From Zygnema circumcarinatum SAG 698-1b (taxonomy: Eukaryota; Plantae; Zygnematophyceae): a stretch of DNA of 64,000 bases. Position 1 is the first letter of the stretch. Each line of letters opens with the position of its first letter. Under the pieces are notes generated by a model. The model was given only the letters and a program-made list of their open reading frames with translations, was not told the DNA's origin and did no database searches. The DNA is taken from the NCBI GenBank assembly GCA_037447605.1, contig CM074811.1, positions 1,240,001 through 1,304,000 of the forward strand, written 5' to 3'. This document shows, one piece after another, positions 13,461 to 31,774 of this stretch. The translations under genes were made by a program, and so were the position numbers.

Positions 13461-16445
13461 CTACTGAATCCCGAGCCTACGCTTCATCTCCTCATATGTG
13501 ATATATGTGATAGACGCCGCAGGAGCAACTTTGAGAAGATTCGGAAACAGGCCCCTATAGAACCCTCGCAGGCCTTCCCTGCGGTACGTTTGACGGAAAA
13601 CATCCAACATGCCTGTGTACTGCGGAAAAGACTCAGCAGTTTGAGCCTGCAGCCTGCCAGAAAGCCCCCACAAGCAACCCCACAGATTCAAAGTCGCTAC
13701 AACTTGTCGCATGCAAAGTAAAGACTGTACTTCTATGCAAGTTGTCTTGAAAATACTTTAATCTGCATCACTACAACCATGGGTATCCTGATCCTTCCCC
13801 ACATTCGAGGGCAGCCTACCAACTTTCGACTCACCTCGTTCTCACCACGTTGAGTGGGTACACAGCTGTGGCTCCGAAGGCCCCCGAGATAGTGCCACAT
13901 GTCAGCTGCGTGAGAGGTCCGGGCTCTGTCCTCCAACCCATGCAGACTTCCCCTTTCAGGTGACAAAGAGGGAGAGGCAATAGAGGAGAGAGAGCCATAT
14001 ATATAATGCCCACACATACAACTAATCTAAAGGGTCCCCTGCCGCAACCGATTCCTCACAAATCAGGAAGAAGCAGATATGTGCCGTACCTTGCCCTTCT
14101 GGCAAGATATTCTTTGATAGATCCTTCAACGTTTCATAGGCTGCCAAGTCGAGCCCAGCATAGGGTACCATTCCCAATAGCGATGGTGTGAGCCCCCTAT
14201 AAAAGGCAATAGGGCCTTCCTTCCGTAGTATCTCTCCTGCAAGGCGAGGGAAGGAAGGGGGAGCCTGCCCTCCCTGCACCTTGTAGGTCTGCAGGCGAGT
14301 CTTCACAAGGTCTAAGGGATAAATGGCGGTCTGAGCAATGGCTCCGGCTACTCCCCCTGCTGCCAAACGGCCAAAAGGGCCAATCTCCTGTTCAACCCTC
14401 GAAATGTGGGAGTCAGGGGTTTGTTGATGTCTACCTCCTCTGAAATTACGATCCAAAACAGTTGACAAAAACAGAACCTGCAGCATCTCACACAACCCAA
14501 ACGAACACTGATCGAAATCTGTTCGCCAAATGATCAGAAAGATGCACTCACCCCATTCGACCCATTTCCGACGATGAGCTTCTTCATCATCTCATACGCG
14601 TAAAACTTGATTGCCGACTCCGGTGCCACCTTCAACACGTTGATCCCATTCCCCCGGAAGCAGCCCCGCAGCCCCCCATCTCCATACATGTGCGTGAACC
14701 CTCCCAGCAGGCTCCCGGTGGGCCCCACCGTCTGCACCTGAAGGAGCACCTTCAGACGGTCCAAAGGCGCTGTGGCCGTACGGGACACTGCGCCGGCGGC
14801 GCCGCCGGCGAGAAAGTACTTCCATGCATCCACATGCACGCGGACGCCCTCGGGGATCACAGACTGCTCGCCGATGTCCACCTGGCAGACCTTCTCCCAG
14901 TACTGCATGCATGGCCATGCATGGCATGGCATGGGATGGCATGGGGCAGTGGGCGGCTGTCAGATATGGGGCAATGCAGGTTTTGGGAAGGTGGGGAAAG
15001 AGGGACAATGCAGGCTTTGGGAGGGTGGGAAAGGGGCACAATGCAGGTTAATGAAAGGTGGGAGAGTGATAAAATGCAGGCTCTTCCGAGGTGGGAAAGA
15101 GCAGAACATGGGAACTGATTGTAGAGGATGGCTATGGCATGATGATGAGTTGCCAAGATGTTGTCAATGGCATCAGAAGGGGCCGCCCTTGCTGAAGCTA
15201 TGCTGACAAATGCATGAACATGCAAGAAGGCGAGTGTTGAGGGACTTGCCTGATACACACTGGCCATGGTTACTCTTCGCGGGTAGAGCAGAAGGAAATC
15301 TCGCCATTCTTCGAATGTGATGATGCCGTTATTGTCTTTGTCGATGTGGTCCACGAACTGCCCGAGCTCATCCTCTGCCAAGTGGATTCCTGAAGCATCC
15401 CTTCCTCAAGGACTCAGTAGATAAGCCCTTTTGTAGGACAAGCAAATACCGAATTCTTCCTCTCGCTGTTCACTTCAGCCCCGGTATGACCAAAAACGAA
15501 GACTCTAGAACGAGAAACTTCGAAAAAGAAGGAACCGACCTGCTCTTTGCAAAGCGCGTTGAAGATCGCTTGGATATATGGTGCCATTACTTGCAAGGTC
15601 TATTTCACGAAAGAGCGTATATAATTCCACCTCTTTGTCGTCCATATAGCGCCGAAACTCACGGTAATCACACTTTCCATCTCTATTCTGCATCCAGATT
15701 TCAGCAAAGAACATCAGAATGCAATTATGCAAAACTTGTTTCGGCGAACAACAAAAAACAAACTTTAAGCCTGTTAGAAGCAAAAAATGAGAACCGATAA
15801 GACAGTAAGGGCATGTATGACTACTTAAAGGGATGCTGCCCTATCATACATAAGAAAATTCCAATATCACTTTCATTGAGCATTTTGCTGCCTTTGGACC
15901 CCACAATGCTCAATTCTCCTTCGCTTCTTCTCGCCATGCTTCTCTCCTATGCTTCTTGTATTCTCCGTTTAGCCCAGCCAACCACCACTGTTCTTCGAAC
16001 ATCAATTGATACAAACAGACTCTCTGCCTCACACCTTGTCACAGGCCTCCAAAAGCTCGCGAGCAAACTTATAGTGGCTGGAAATGTCCAGGCCTTGAAA
16101 TCCCTCCTCGATCTGCTGCCGATCAAGTGCTCCTGCCCAAGCCAGAAAACACATGACAACTCTGTTTCACATCATTTAAAAAAAGCGCTCTAAGCTACAA
16201 GTTATAAGCTATAAGCTACAAGTTCAACATTAGTAGGGGCCGAGGGTCCCCTCATTGACCAGGCTTCAGATTTTGCCAGTCTTCCGGAAATCATTTGAAA
16301 ACAGGAAAGAGTAATCCATAGGGCCCTCACCAGTGTTGGCCTGATCAAAATGTCTAAAGAGTCCACGTAGGCGATTCTCTCGTTTGTCAGGAGTCTCTTG
16401 GAGGGCCAGCTCGACATCCTCCACAGTTGCTGGCGACTGCGCCAT
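13461..16445 (-). CDS. Calcium-binding mitochondrial ATP-Mg/Pi carrier (APC/SCaMC, SLC25A23-25 family)
   Basis: N-terminal EF-hand exons ([42 protein letters not shown]) precede three carrier repeats ([32 protein letters not shown]). Eight exons were reconstructed, one with a GC donor. Confidence 0.93.
14953..15108. repeat. About 33-bp degenerate minisatellite x4 (ATGCAGG...GGTGGGAAAG) in a carrier intron
   Basis: Direct observation. Confidence 0.7.
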
Positions 16446-19144
16446 GGATTACTCTACAACTTGAGATATAGGTTCTACTTACTTGTCTCTTAAATATCGT
16501 GATAACTTAGTAGAGTGAGCTGCTTGTTATGGACTCTCCAATTACAAGCTACTTTCCAGGCGTTGTTACGTTGCTCATCACTTCAACCTTACAGATGCTG
16601 AATACTTTCATGTCAGTATTTTACTTCCTTTTGTTCTTCAAGAGGATTGAGTTGCTATCTCTAGATTTAAAAGTACCACTAATGAAGTTCCATATTGCCA
16701 TAAAGGTTCAGACATTTGAAAATGAGAGGCCATCCAAATGAGTTTCCCAAGCAGCCCGACGCGTTGTATTGAGGTCGTCAAGTCGACATATTTCAGCTTT
16801 CCATGTTTTCTCTGCACAAAGAAAGTGCGTGATTTCACACCAAGTTCATCAGTTGAACAAAAGCGCAATGCAATTCGCCTTGGAAAAGAAGAACTAGCAG
16901 ATCAGCCCTCGTCCACTTAAACCGATTGCCTTACCCTTCTAAAACTAAGGTCATAAATCTGTTCAACTAGGAGGAAAATCTTATTTGCGTTTCACTCACG
17001 CCCACAGGGCTCAACAGATAATCAACACTGCAGCTTTTGGCCATCCCTCTTTAAGCAAGTATAGAGAATCACCACCTTGCTGGCTTTCAGAAAAAAAAAT
17101 TGATAGAAAAGGTAATTACCGCCTTACGACCTTTCAAGGCAAGTTGTTGAATGTCTAGTCAAAAAATCATTTTGAATAATCAAACCATGCTCTTTACGTC
17201 ATTTTCAACTAGAACCTACCCGGTACTATACATCTGGCAAAAGAGTCATCTTTTTTCCCTGATACTTTTATAAACACCATCAAGTAGATAATCTCAGCAG
17301 AACTTGCGATACACAGATAGACTCATAAGACTAGGTGCTTCCCTTGGAGCTTACAGTAGGTTCTACAAAAGTAAGCGGAGCACTTACAACTACAAAAATG
17401 CCATGCAGCAAGTAGACCAGGCTTCAACAAAAGGCTGTCTTATTGGCTTGATTCCAAGAATCTGGTGAACCCCAAAAGACCAGTGCTCCTTCCAGCAGGG
17501 CCTCTCACCATGCCTAGCCAGGCTTTCTTTGCAAGCCCTACAATCATAAGCTTCCCTCCAAGTCCTCTCACAATACTCCCTGCTTCTACTTGGGGGGCTC
17601 TCACAATTTCTGATCCTACTGGGGGGCTCCCTCTCCCTTTTCGCTCCCTTCTCTCACTCGCCTCCACAACTGATATGGCTGAGAGAAGAGCCACAGGAGA
17701 GAGACCCCTCCTGGCCTGTCAGCACCATCAGCAAAGCTTTCCATGGATGCGTTCAGCAGGACAAAAGGATCGTCTGCTCTCTCTCTCCCTCTCTCTCTCA
17801 CACTCTCTCACTCTCACTCTTTTATCCCCCTCAGCTCCTCCATGCTTTATCCCCCCCTCCTTGCCGCCCTCCCATCAAATCGTCCGCTGAAAAAAATTGC
17901 CCTACAGGCGCTGCGTCGAAACATTGGACGCTGGCTTTGAGTTGGAGCTCTTGAAAGCAGAAGAGAGCATCTGAATGCCTCTCTCTCTCTCGCGCTCTCG
18001 CTCTCTCTCTCGTGTACTCTTCAGTATAGGAGGAGTTCGGGAACGCATGGTTGCCGCCCCGGTGGCGGCGGAGAGATCGAGTGGAAGAAGAGCGGGTGCG
18101 TGAGATCCCAGCATTTTCTGGGGAGATTACGGCAGTTGTTTTTAGGGTTCTTTGTAGGGTTGAGTATCTTGAATTTTACTTTTACTTTTGCTTTTGATCT
18201 TGCTTTCTATCTCCTGGCATGAGAGAGGTTTAGGGCGGTAATGGGCATCAAGACTGCTGAGGAGAGATTGTATGTGGAGCTAAATAGTGGAGGAAGGGAG
18301 GAGAAGAGGAAGAAGAAGGAAACTTCGGAACAATGCAAGAAGAAAGGTATTGGAAGAGGGATGTGATAGAAATAGCAGTTAGAGGAAGGAGAAACGGAAG
18401 GCTGTGATTTGAGGTAGAGAGATAGCGAATGGTAGAGAAGGACGGAGGAAGGTGAGGAGCTGAGAAAGGATTAGAGAATAATAAAGGTGGATAATGCAAG
18501 GGAACGTGGCCTGGGAGTCTAGGGAAGGAAGAGAGAGGTAGGGAATGGAGGATTGCAATAGAAGCGAGTGGGCTGCGAGTACAGAGAAGAAAGGGGAGGT
18601 AGGGGATGGGGGATTACACGAGGGGAGAGGCGATGGTGAGGAGGGTTAGCTCTTACACTGGAGTTAGTCCTGACTTTCCAATGAAGCATCGACGATTGAT
18701 TTGCCCTCGTTGTAAAGAAGGCCAATATCTCTATTTCCGTGCAAAGTTGTTTGCATAGTTTGAAATTGCTTAATCAAAGGCATGCGAAGATTTAGCTCAA
18801 ACAGATTAGTTCAGATGTGAGTTGGGAAATAAATCATTGATTTCCCAATGTCGTTTTAGCAGCATCCATTGACGATTCTTTACAGGCCTTGTCACAAAAT
18901 TTCACAACATTTCCAGGAATGAAATGACACTATTGGGCAAGATGTGATTCTGCATTGTAGTAAAGCATCTATCTATTGGGCACCTAGCTGGTAGCCCATT
19001 GTGTCGGCAGCTCTTAACATTCATCAGCTTTGCTGTTTCTACCATTCAGTAAGTTACAGCCAAGAGCTCAAGCTGAGGCGCGTCTTTCCCTTGCTGCAAA
19101 CTGCAGCTCATCTTGTGGTGCTCGTCTGAGGGAGCATAGAAGAG

Positions 19145-21389
19145 ATGAAGTCAACGGCTTCTTCACAAACGCATAGGTATCTGTGTTGTTTCCCTCTTGG
19201 TCGCCAGCGGGATGCTGTGTTCTCAGTAGGGGCCCTTCTTCTCGCCCTTTTCTTCACCCGGTCAGCGACAATCTCCTTATGGAATCTCTGGCTATCCCCA
19301 TTGAACGAACTCACGGAAAGTCTTCACGATCTTCAAGCGGAGTGTCAGAGCGTCCTTCAGCCTGGTCAGCATCCTCTCCTTGAACTGGCCTTCTCTTCCT
19401 TCACTCCCATCTAAAACCCTAGAAAACCTCACTCTCTCTGTTTGTCTATTCTTTTTCCAACCCCTGGTCCTGCTGGGTGATTTGGCTTTGATAGGCCACT
19501 TTCCGGTTGCTGCCGGAAAGGAAGGAAAAGGCCATAACGTGATGTATGGAGACTTCCGTGGACCCCACAACTTATGCGGGAATTCACCCGAGAGTGTCTC
19601 AAAGCTGTTGGCTATTCCGCACAACTGCAGGTGTGTATTCAGGAGGAGGGGGGGAGATGCTGTGATTGGCGGGTGGCCATTCTTAAGGGACTGACTGACC
19701 TCTTCCCTTTTCCTTGGGAGGGGTGGCAGCCGAACAGCAGAGCGTGTGTGGCTGAGAGAGAAGTGGATGACAGTGTATGACATGGTGACGATTGTGAAGG
19801 AGCCCAATGAAGGAGGCGAAAGTTCTGTAGAGTGCGCAATCTTCTGTGTTGATCATGAGGTGCATATCCACACAGCAAAAGAAGGTGGAAGGAAGATGGA
19901 GTTTTACTACGTAAACAAGATTTCAGTTGTCCCTTCGAATGTTTTCTTCCTCCTAATGCCCTCTGCCTTCGTGCTTTGTGTGCAGGGGCCCTGCCAATAC
20001 GACAGGTGTCTCGTTCCTATATTTATGCGCAGAAATTCGACAGATCCCTTAGTGGCGAAGCAGCTGCTGGAGAGAGGCGAATATGATGTTGTCCGGCCGG
20101 ACATGGCCTTTCGGACGATTCTTGATGCAGGAGCCAATTGCGGAATTGCCTCCATAATTTTTGCAACCATGTGAGTAGTATGCCTCTCTTTACTCCTCTG
20201 TCCCAAAAGTCTCCAGCAAGGCCGTATCGCCCCTCTGCTTTTCACCTTGTCGATGCTTTTCTCCACTAGTTTTTTTTTATTCCAGTCATCTAATAAAACT
20301 CTACTGATAGTTTGCAGCTTGATGAGGTATTGCATCAAGCTGAAATGGTTAGTTAGCCCATAATGTCAGGGACTGTTCCTTTTGACTTGACCCTTGAACT
20401 GACAGCATGCATCTCCCTGAGTCTCAAACACCCAACTGAAACTTGGAAGTTGCAAGTAACGTGAACTGAGCAGTTTGTCTTTATGCTGAGTCCTCTTCTG
20501 CACTTGATTGAGAAGAATTAGTGCTTTGAACCTTCAAAGTCTTGTCTCAACCCTCCCTCCCTCCCTCCCTCCCTCCCTCCCTCCCTCCTTGCCCCATTCC
20601 CCAGGTTTCCCCACGCCACCATAGTGAGTGTAGAGCCTTCCAGCGACAACTTCCGCAGTCTTCAGCGGAACACTCAGAACTTCCCCAACGTCATCCCTGT
20701 GAGGGCAGGCCTATGGCCGAGAGTGGCCACTCTCGCTCTCACTGCAGGCCCGAGAACACCGGGACTGGAGGAGTGGGGCTTCATGGTGCAGGAGAAGGAG
20801 AAGGTGAGGCATAGGGTTGTTCAGACTGCAGGCCACCGTATACTTCATAGAGAGAGAGAGAGGTGGCTCTTGAACAAGAATATGATTTTCTCAGGCCCTC
20901 ACATTCCCTCTCCCTCTCCCTCTCCCTACCCCTCTCCCTCTCCCTCTCCCTCTCCCTCTCCCCCTCCCTCTCCCTCTCCCTCTCCCTCTCCCTCTCCCTC
21001 TCCCCTCTTCCCTCTCNNNNNNNNNNCCCCTTCCTCTCCCTCTCCCTCTCCCTCTCCCCCGGCAGGTCGTTCGAGGCGTAAAGGTGCTCGACACGCTGCG
21101 CGGCGTCTCCATAGAGTTCCTCCTTCGTACGTTCAACCTTGCCGGATTCGACCTTTTGAAGATCGACATTGAGGGCAGCGAGAAGGAGCTCCTTGCCTCG
21201 AGTCTGAAGGTCCCCCTCCGTTGGCTTGACTCCGCCAAGATGGCCATGTTCGAAGTTCACGAAGACATGCGCCGCGGGTCCAAGGAGGCGGTCTCCTCCG
21301 CCTTCAGGCAGCGACCGGAGTGGTATTGGGCTCAGCGCTGGGGGGAGTATCACATCTACAAGAGGAGGGGCTGGGACAAGAGGGCGTAA
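19145..21389 (+). CDS. FkbM-family SAM-dependent methyltransferase with N-terminal membrane anchor
   Basis: Motifs ILDAGANCG (19986-20170 exon), VSVEPSSDN (20605-20803) and [15 protein letters not shown] (21066-21389). Hydrophobic [14 protein letters not shown] lies in exon 1. The 5' exon boundaries are less certain. Confidence 0.85.
20905..21058. repeat. (CTCTCC)n hexanucleotide repeat in an FkbM intron, with N gap 21017-21026
   Basis: Direct observation; source of the SP/GR/ER repeat ORFs. Confidence 0.9.
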
Positions 21390-22908
21390 TGGGTACGAGT
21401 CCCGCATTTATTTGGGAGCAAGGGGGAGTGGTTGAGGGGAAGGGGGAAGGGGGGGGTACAAGTGGTGTGATCTCTAAGCAGGTGTAGGGATGGGTTCAAG
21501 AAGTTTACATGGACTGGCAGGGTTAGGGTACGTCTGGCAAATGTCTGGCAGTACTGGAGAGCCCTTCGATTAGTTATTCCTTCATTTTCAATCATTGTTA
21601 AATTGGCACCAGGAAAGACTGTGATGGTGTTTATTTTTTTTACGCTGCAAATGAGACACGATAAGTTAGACGAGGTGTAGTAGGACGTGGTTGCAGACCT
21701 AAGTGAAGGCCTTAGTTTCATTGGGGGTTATCAAACTTGTCACCACCTTGCAGTGGAGACTGAGCATGACAGGTCGAAACCTAACTCCCCCGAGGATTGA
21801 AACTGTTTCCCGTAACGCTATAAAAAAAAAAAAAAATCTAGTCTGATGCCCATCTAGCAATGAAGTTGGAATCAGCGCTGGACAGAATTGGAAATTGCAA
21901 ATTAAGGGACAAGCAGATAAGTCCACATGCAATGCAGCGTATCTGATTTCGTACTATTAATGTTCTGTAAAACGACAATTCCAGAATGGTAAAATGGTTC
22001 CAACATGGTGTAAAAAAACATGACACGTCGCCCCCCCCAAGTCATATTGTTTACATGTGCACTGTAGAGCCCCCTCCACCTCCCCTAAACCCAGTTGCGG
22101 AAAGGTATTGTCTTCTTCGCACAGTCGGAGGATTACAATAGCAGGTGCCTTCGGCACTGCTAAAAGCCTCTGTTGTTTCCCCTAAAGTTTTCAGCTCGTT
22201 TGGAGCAAGCCATCCTAACTGTTTTTCTGGCACAACTTGAGCGAGATGTTCTGGGCCTTCCTTAAATGGTACGCAGCATTGTTTAGGACCGGCGTGCCGC
22301 CACATTGTGCGGATTTCCCCCATGTCAACACCCACAGAAGGTCCTGCATACATAGTGAGGCACGCTGTGCAACACTCCTTATTTTGGTTCAAATAGCCCC
22401 TCCCTCCCTCCCCTGTCCATACAGTCCTTTTCCTTTTCAAACCACGCCAGTCAGTCGTGTCAATCTGTGGCTTCAAATGAAGTGCTTCTCCGTTCACTCT
22501 CCACTTTTGAATAGTCCTCATCGCCCTCACACTCCGCCTTCATTCCATTCGCCCTTCTGAACTACCAACGTGCACAGGCTGCCACGTGGCCAGACATGCT
22601 TTCCCTTCAGCCAGTTCTGGTTTACAAAAGGAAACCACAAACAGGCAGGCATTCATCAGTCCCAACAAAAGGCCTCCGTCATGTGCTCAATGTTTCTTGA
22701 AGGCTTTTGTGCACCCACAAAGCCTCATACTTAATCTACAGCATCTCTCCAAAACAGGATTTCAAACATGAGGTATGAGCAACCTTCTCTACACATTGAG
22801 AGCATAGTCGAAGGAATTGACAGCTGAAAAAACCTGAACTTTAGAAACTAACTTTCAATAATAAACCTGAACTTTAGAAACTAACTTTCAATAAAGTTGC
22901 AGCATACT

Positions 22909-27452
<4,544 letters not shown>

Positions 27453-27931
27453 GGCCCGCACGTGGTCAGATACCGTTCATCTCATTTCATTCTACCCTTT
27501 TTTTTTTTTTTCAGCTCGGTTTCCGGTGTAGCGTGGTTCCGGTTGCAAGCCCAGCTTAGGATATGCAAATGCAATTTTTTTTCTTCCTCGAACCCACAGT
27601 AATGATGTACCTTATGCAAGCCATCCTTATTACTGTCTGTATTACTGGCTCGCAAAATCGCCCCTCTCTCTGTCTGCATCACGCGGTTTCTCATACCATC
27701 AAAACAACCCTCAGGAGCCATGCATAGCACGTGGGCTATGGGACTGAGGCCAAGTGACGAGTCACATTGCCCAACCACCAGACGCACCACCAGACAGTCA
27801 ATTCCGACAGTTCGCTCCACGAAAGCCAAGATTGCCATCGATTGAAAGAGCAGTCCACGGTTGGCATTTGTGGTGGCATTTGCCCCAATTCTACATCTAC
27901 CTCCTGTGGGAGGGGCAAGACGAGCCCAGGG

Positions 27932-30900
27932 TCAACTGCCATTAGTAGCTTGATTGGAGCTAAAGACCGTTTCGTTCATTGCAACAGGCGGCACTAATTC
28001 TTCCTCTTCAACAAAGGCGTTTGCCAGCTCCGGTGGGCCTGCAAGGAAAGGTTCGTCCTTCGCCTGTTCTGGATTCTCACGATTTAATAGTACAGCTTTG
28101 ATCGACCTTTCGGAGATCTGCAGAACTGCGCAAAAGAACCGCAACAACCATTTCTTATTAGAGAAGACGGTGAGAGAATCAAGCAGCCCCATAAGGGTCT
28201 TCAAGGGTTTGGCATCTGCTGGACCACAAAGTTCAACAAAACAGAATGACTAAACGACTAATGATGTTCCAAATGTAAGAGCTGAGGGAGTGCAGTTTGT
28301 CTGTACCTACACCCAAGGATATATCAAAGGCATCGTCCCCATCCAAAGGCCCTGGTTTCTTTCTCCCACGTGACATTTTTAGGGCCACGTCAGGTGCCCT
28401 ATTTTCCACCCGAAGCCAACCGGCTTTAGATTCAATCTCACGCGGCTGTTTGCTGATTTTCATTTGACTGGCCGAAACAGAGTAGCCGTTGTACCCACGG
28501 TACTTCCGCCATGGAACAGAATACAACACACGAAAGATGTACTTCCTCATGTTCCTCCTCAGATACTGCTTGCGCCTTCGTGAAATTTTAGCGAGAAACT
28601 TCACCACCGAGCCACGGCGAAACTGCTTTCTTTTAACTTTAATGGACACCTCGTCCATCTTCGGAATGTGCCAGAAATACTGATTGTGAGCACTGGATAA
28701 CGTCCCCATTTCATAGACCCAACAGAAAACAATACGAACAATAATCAGCACAGTAGGCCTCTAAGAGCTTCCGCGTACCCCTCCCACCCCACCTCCTTTC
28801 TCTCCCCCCTTCCCAGCACCTCTTTCCCCCTCCTCCCCTCCCCTCTCTCTGTACTGACTAGCCCTCCCTCCCATCTGCCCCATCTGGGCATCGGCAGCGA
28901 GAATGGACCTGCCATTGTGAAAGAAGACAGGGATGCATCCTGCAAGCATTGCGTCAAAGATGGACCGCCGTGTCATTCGGTCCCCTGGAGGCTGCAGACA
29001 AAACTGCGAGCGATGAAAGAGGCTCATCACCACCTCCGGGAGGTCGCAGAGATTGTATGTGTTCATGTTCCCGGGGCCAAATCCGTCTGCATCTGCCTTA
29101 GACTTCCGGGTCACACAGTTCAGCATAGCGCATACTCTGGAGGAGGAGCACTGCCTCATTAGAACTGTGCGAGTGCGGGCCATGGTGCCACGCTTTGGAC
29201 TCGCAGCCATGGCCACAAAAATGTCGCGTTGTCGGCCTCGAGATATCCAGCCCTGAGAGTGAAAGCAGCGAGCGTAGAAAGGACATAAGGTTTTGAAGGA
29301 TGGGAGCTTGCTTGTGGTGCCGGACAAGGACTATTATGTGATGTGAGACCGATCCTCATTGGTTTATCTGAAAACAGAAAAGGTTGGTTTTAGGTTTTGT
29401 TTCGGTTGGTGTGAAAGAGACAATGTCACCTTTTGAGCTTCAAGTTCCTGAAGAGTGGATGGATGAAATGAAGTTGGATACGGGATAGCCACGTCTGATT
29501 CCTTTCCAATCTGACTCCTCTCTGGTGAAAGCGTGATCACCCTATTCAATTCAGGGTGCTCAATGACCTGCGAGGAAGTTTTTTCCAAGGTAGTTTCAGC
29601 AGACCAAAGGACATGTCGACAGGACCACAGAAATGGAATTTGCGATGTAGATAAGAGTCGAAATAGTTCTTCAGGAGTACGTAATGAGGAAACACTGATC
29701 GCACTGTAGAAGATGAGATGAAGAGATTGTCACTGTGAATGGATGATAAATATCTGTGACACTGAGGTAGCCTACAATAACCAAGCATGTACAAACGAGA
29801 TAGAGGGCCCAATCTTCATCGAATTTCCGTTTTGAGCACAACTCAAAAGTAAGACATAAGCAGGGCAACGAAAAAAACTTGCACTGATTGGCAAATGGCT
29901 AAGTTAAGACACGATATCCATACACTGAGTATATTGTATTTGACAATAATGCACTCTTGCCAGAGAAGAAAAGGCAGTATGAAAGAAAGATGCCTCCTTC
30001 GAGTTCAACGGAAAAGTGATCGAATAATCCGAGTTACACTTTTTTCTCAAGAGCAAATCATCGCAGTACAGACACCAACGTACAAGACGGTCCCGCACTC
30101 CGGGTAAGGTATTCAGGCATTTGTCATACCAATCGGTTGACTATGGAATTGCGCCAACACTTCGAGGAGGGCTGGCTGAGCACAATGAAGTGATCTGCCC
30201 CATTGTAGCGCTTCAGGAATGGCTGCTTATTGAGCTCCTCCAAAAGGTCTTCCACCATTGTCTTCACAGTTTCATTACCCTGCAGCTGCACACGAAGTCC
30301 AGGATCCATGCTTGCGAAGAACGGGATATAGAAAGCGAGCGCCTGTTTAGCGTTCACTGCACTGCCACAGTAGCACACCAACCTCCCTCTCAGCCACCTC
30401 TGACATCCCTTAAGTGAGCTATGAAGGCAATTCCCTTGTTTCGAGAGCAAAACGATGGACTTGCCATGACAAACAAGAACAAGAAATTCGGGACCTGCTT
30501 CATCACTTTGGATCTCATAAAACGCAGCAAAACATACTCACCCTTCTCTTGCCATTACGGTAAAGTTCATCTCAAAAACATAAACAATTATGACCAAACC
30601 AACTAAATGCTGCCAAACAAAACATCCTTGGCAGTAGAATTTCCGTATATAGAAGCACAATGTGACTTGAGGCAGCATTTACCCATCATACCCCCTGAAG
30701 GTCCACGGTGTTTATTCCCCTCAGGTGAGGAGCATGCTAACAACTGGCCAAGCCCAAACTTCACTCAGAAACGATCAAATGCAGAGCCATTGTAATACCC
30801 CTTGTCGAATCATGTACGCACTCATCATTTCTCCGCTTTTGCTGATTTAGCCGGAGTCTCCTAGGCGTTAAGGAAACGTTGACAGCACCATCGTCAATCC

Positions 30901-31774
30901 TACTCGTAGCAAACGACTCAATCCAGGAACATTTGGTTATTCAAACTAATCCAATTCCACTTACGCTGAAACGGGTAGCTTTCTCCGCCCACAGGCAAAA
31001 GCCGAGCATTCTATACGAACAACTTGACAATAACAACATAGAAATAGTTGTTAGGCAAAGACAATGCCATCCGCCGGACACGTACCAGTCCTGCAAGGAT
31101 AATCTTGGAAGCGCTCGTAGAAATACTGTTCCAAGGAGGAGTCCGAAGTCTGGTACCACCCCGTTCCCACGCCTATGGCCGGGCCGCCCCTACTGAAGCC
31201 GTAGTCACTTTCAGGACCGAGGCCGCGGTTGTCATACCGCTGACAGGGGGACTTGCCCTTGTCCTTGTCGAGCCACGAGCACTCCTTGAGGAGAGCAACG
31301 TTGAAACGTGGGGACAGGTCATACATGTAGATCCACTTGCCCTGGACATGCAAAAAAATCCTGATGATAAGGGAGAATTGCATGAACGGGAGAAGGTTCA
31401 AACATGGCAATGGTATTGTTTTCGGTCCTTGTATTGAATGTAAGAAGTAGACGACTAGCAGGGCGCCTGAAGCGGTTAAGAGATTGGAGAAGCTGGCACT
31501 TTGTACTCCGTTAAAGCAAGGAAAAAATCCACAATAGAATACAAATTGGTTGCGCAAATGTTGCGTGATGAAAAAGGCGCACCTTGCAGTCGTACGAGCT
31601 ACCAAAAATGCCCAGTGATGCTATAGCGTCTCCATCGTAGAGACCAAAAAACAGGAACGGGAAAGCGCAGAGAAAGAGAGCTCCTATGCAGAACCTCAGG
31701 CGCCATGACCGCAGTCTTGAAGCTCCCTTCTGTCGGCCGCTACTATTCCGCGCTCTTTCCTTCTCCACATCCAT
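27932..31774 (-). CDS. Exostosin-family glycosyltransferase GT47, MUR3/XLT2-like (xyloglucan galactosyltransferase clade)
   Basis: Type II anchor (IGALFLCAFPFLFFG). Motifs GKWIYMYDLSPRFNVALLKEC, GWYQTSDSSLEQYF, AFYIPFFA, DVAIPYPTSFHP, SQFCLQPPGDRMTRRSIFDAMLAGCIPVFF and DAFDISL. The 3' end is uncertain (stop at 28233 or 27932). Confidence 0.88.

Noticed and set aside
13110-13721. 203-aa plus-strand ORF
   Set aside because: It is an antisense shadow of the carrier's last exon and 3' UTR with no independent motif.
20542-21407. SP-, GR- and ER-repeat ORFs resembling extensin or RGG proteins
   Set aside because: They derive from an intronic (CTCTCC)n repeat with an N gap.
22831-22893. 30-bp direct repeat with 33-bp period
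   Set aside because: Ordinary local slippage in the METTL4 3' UTR.
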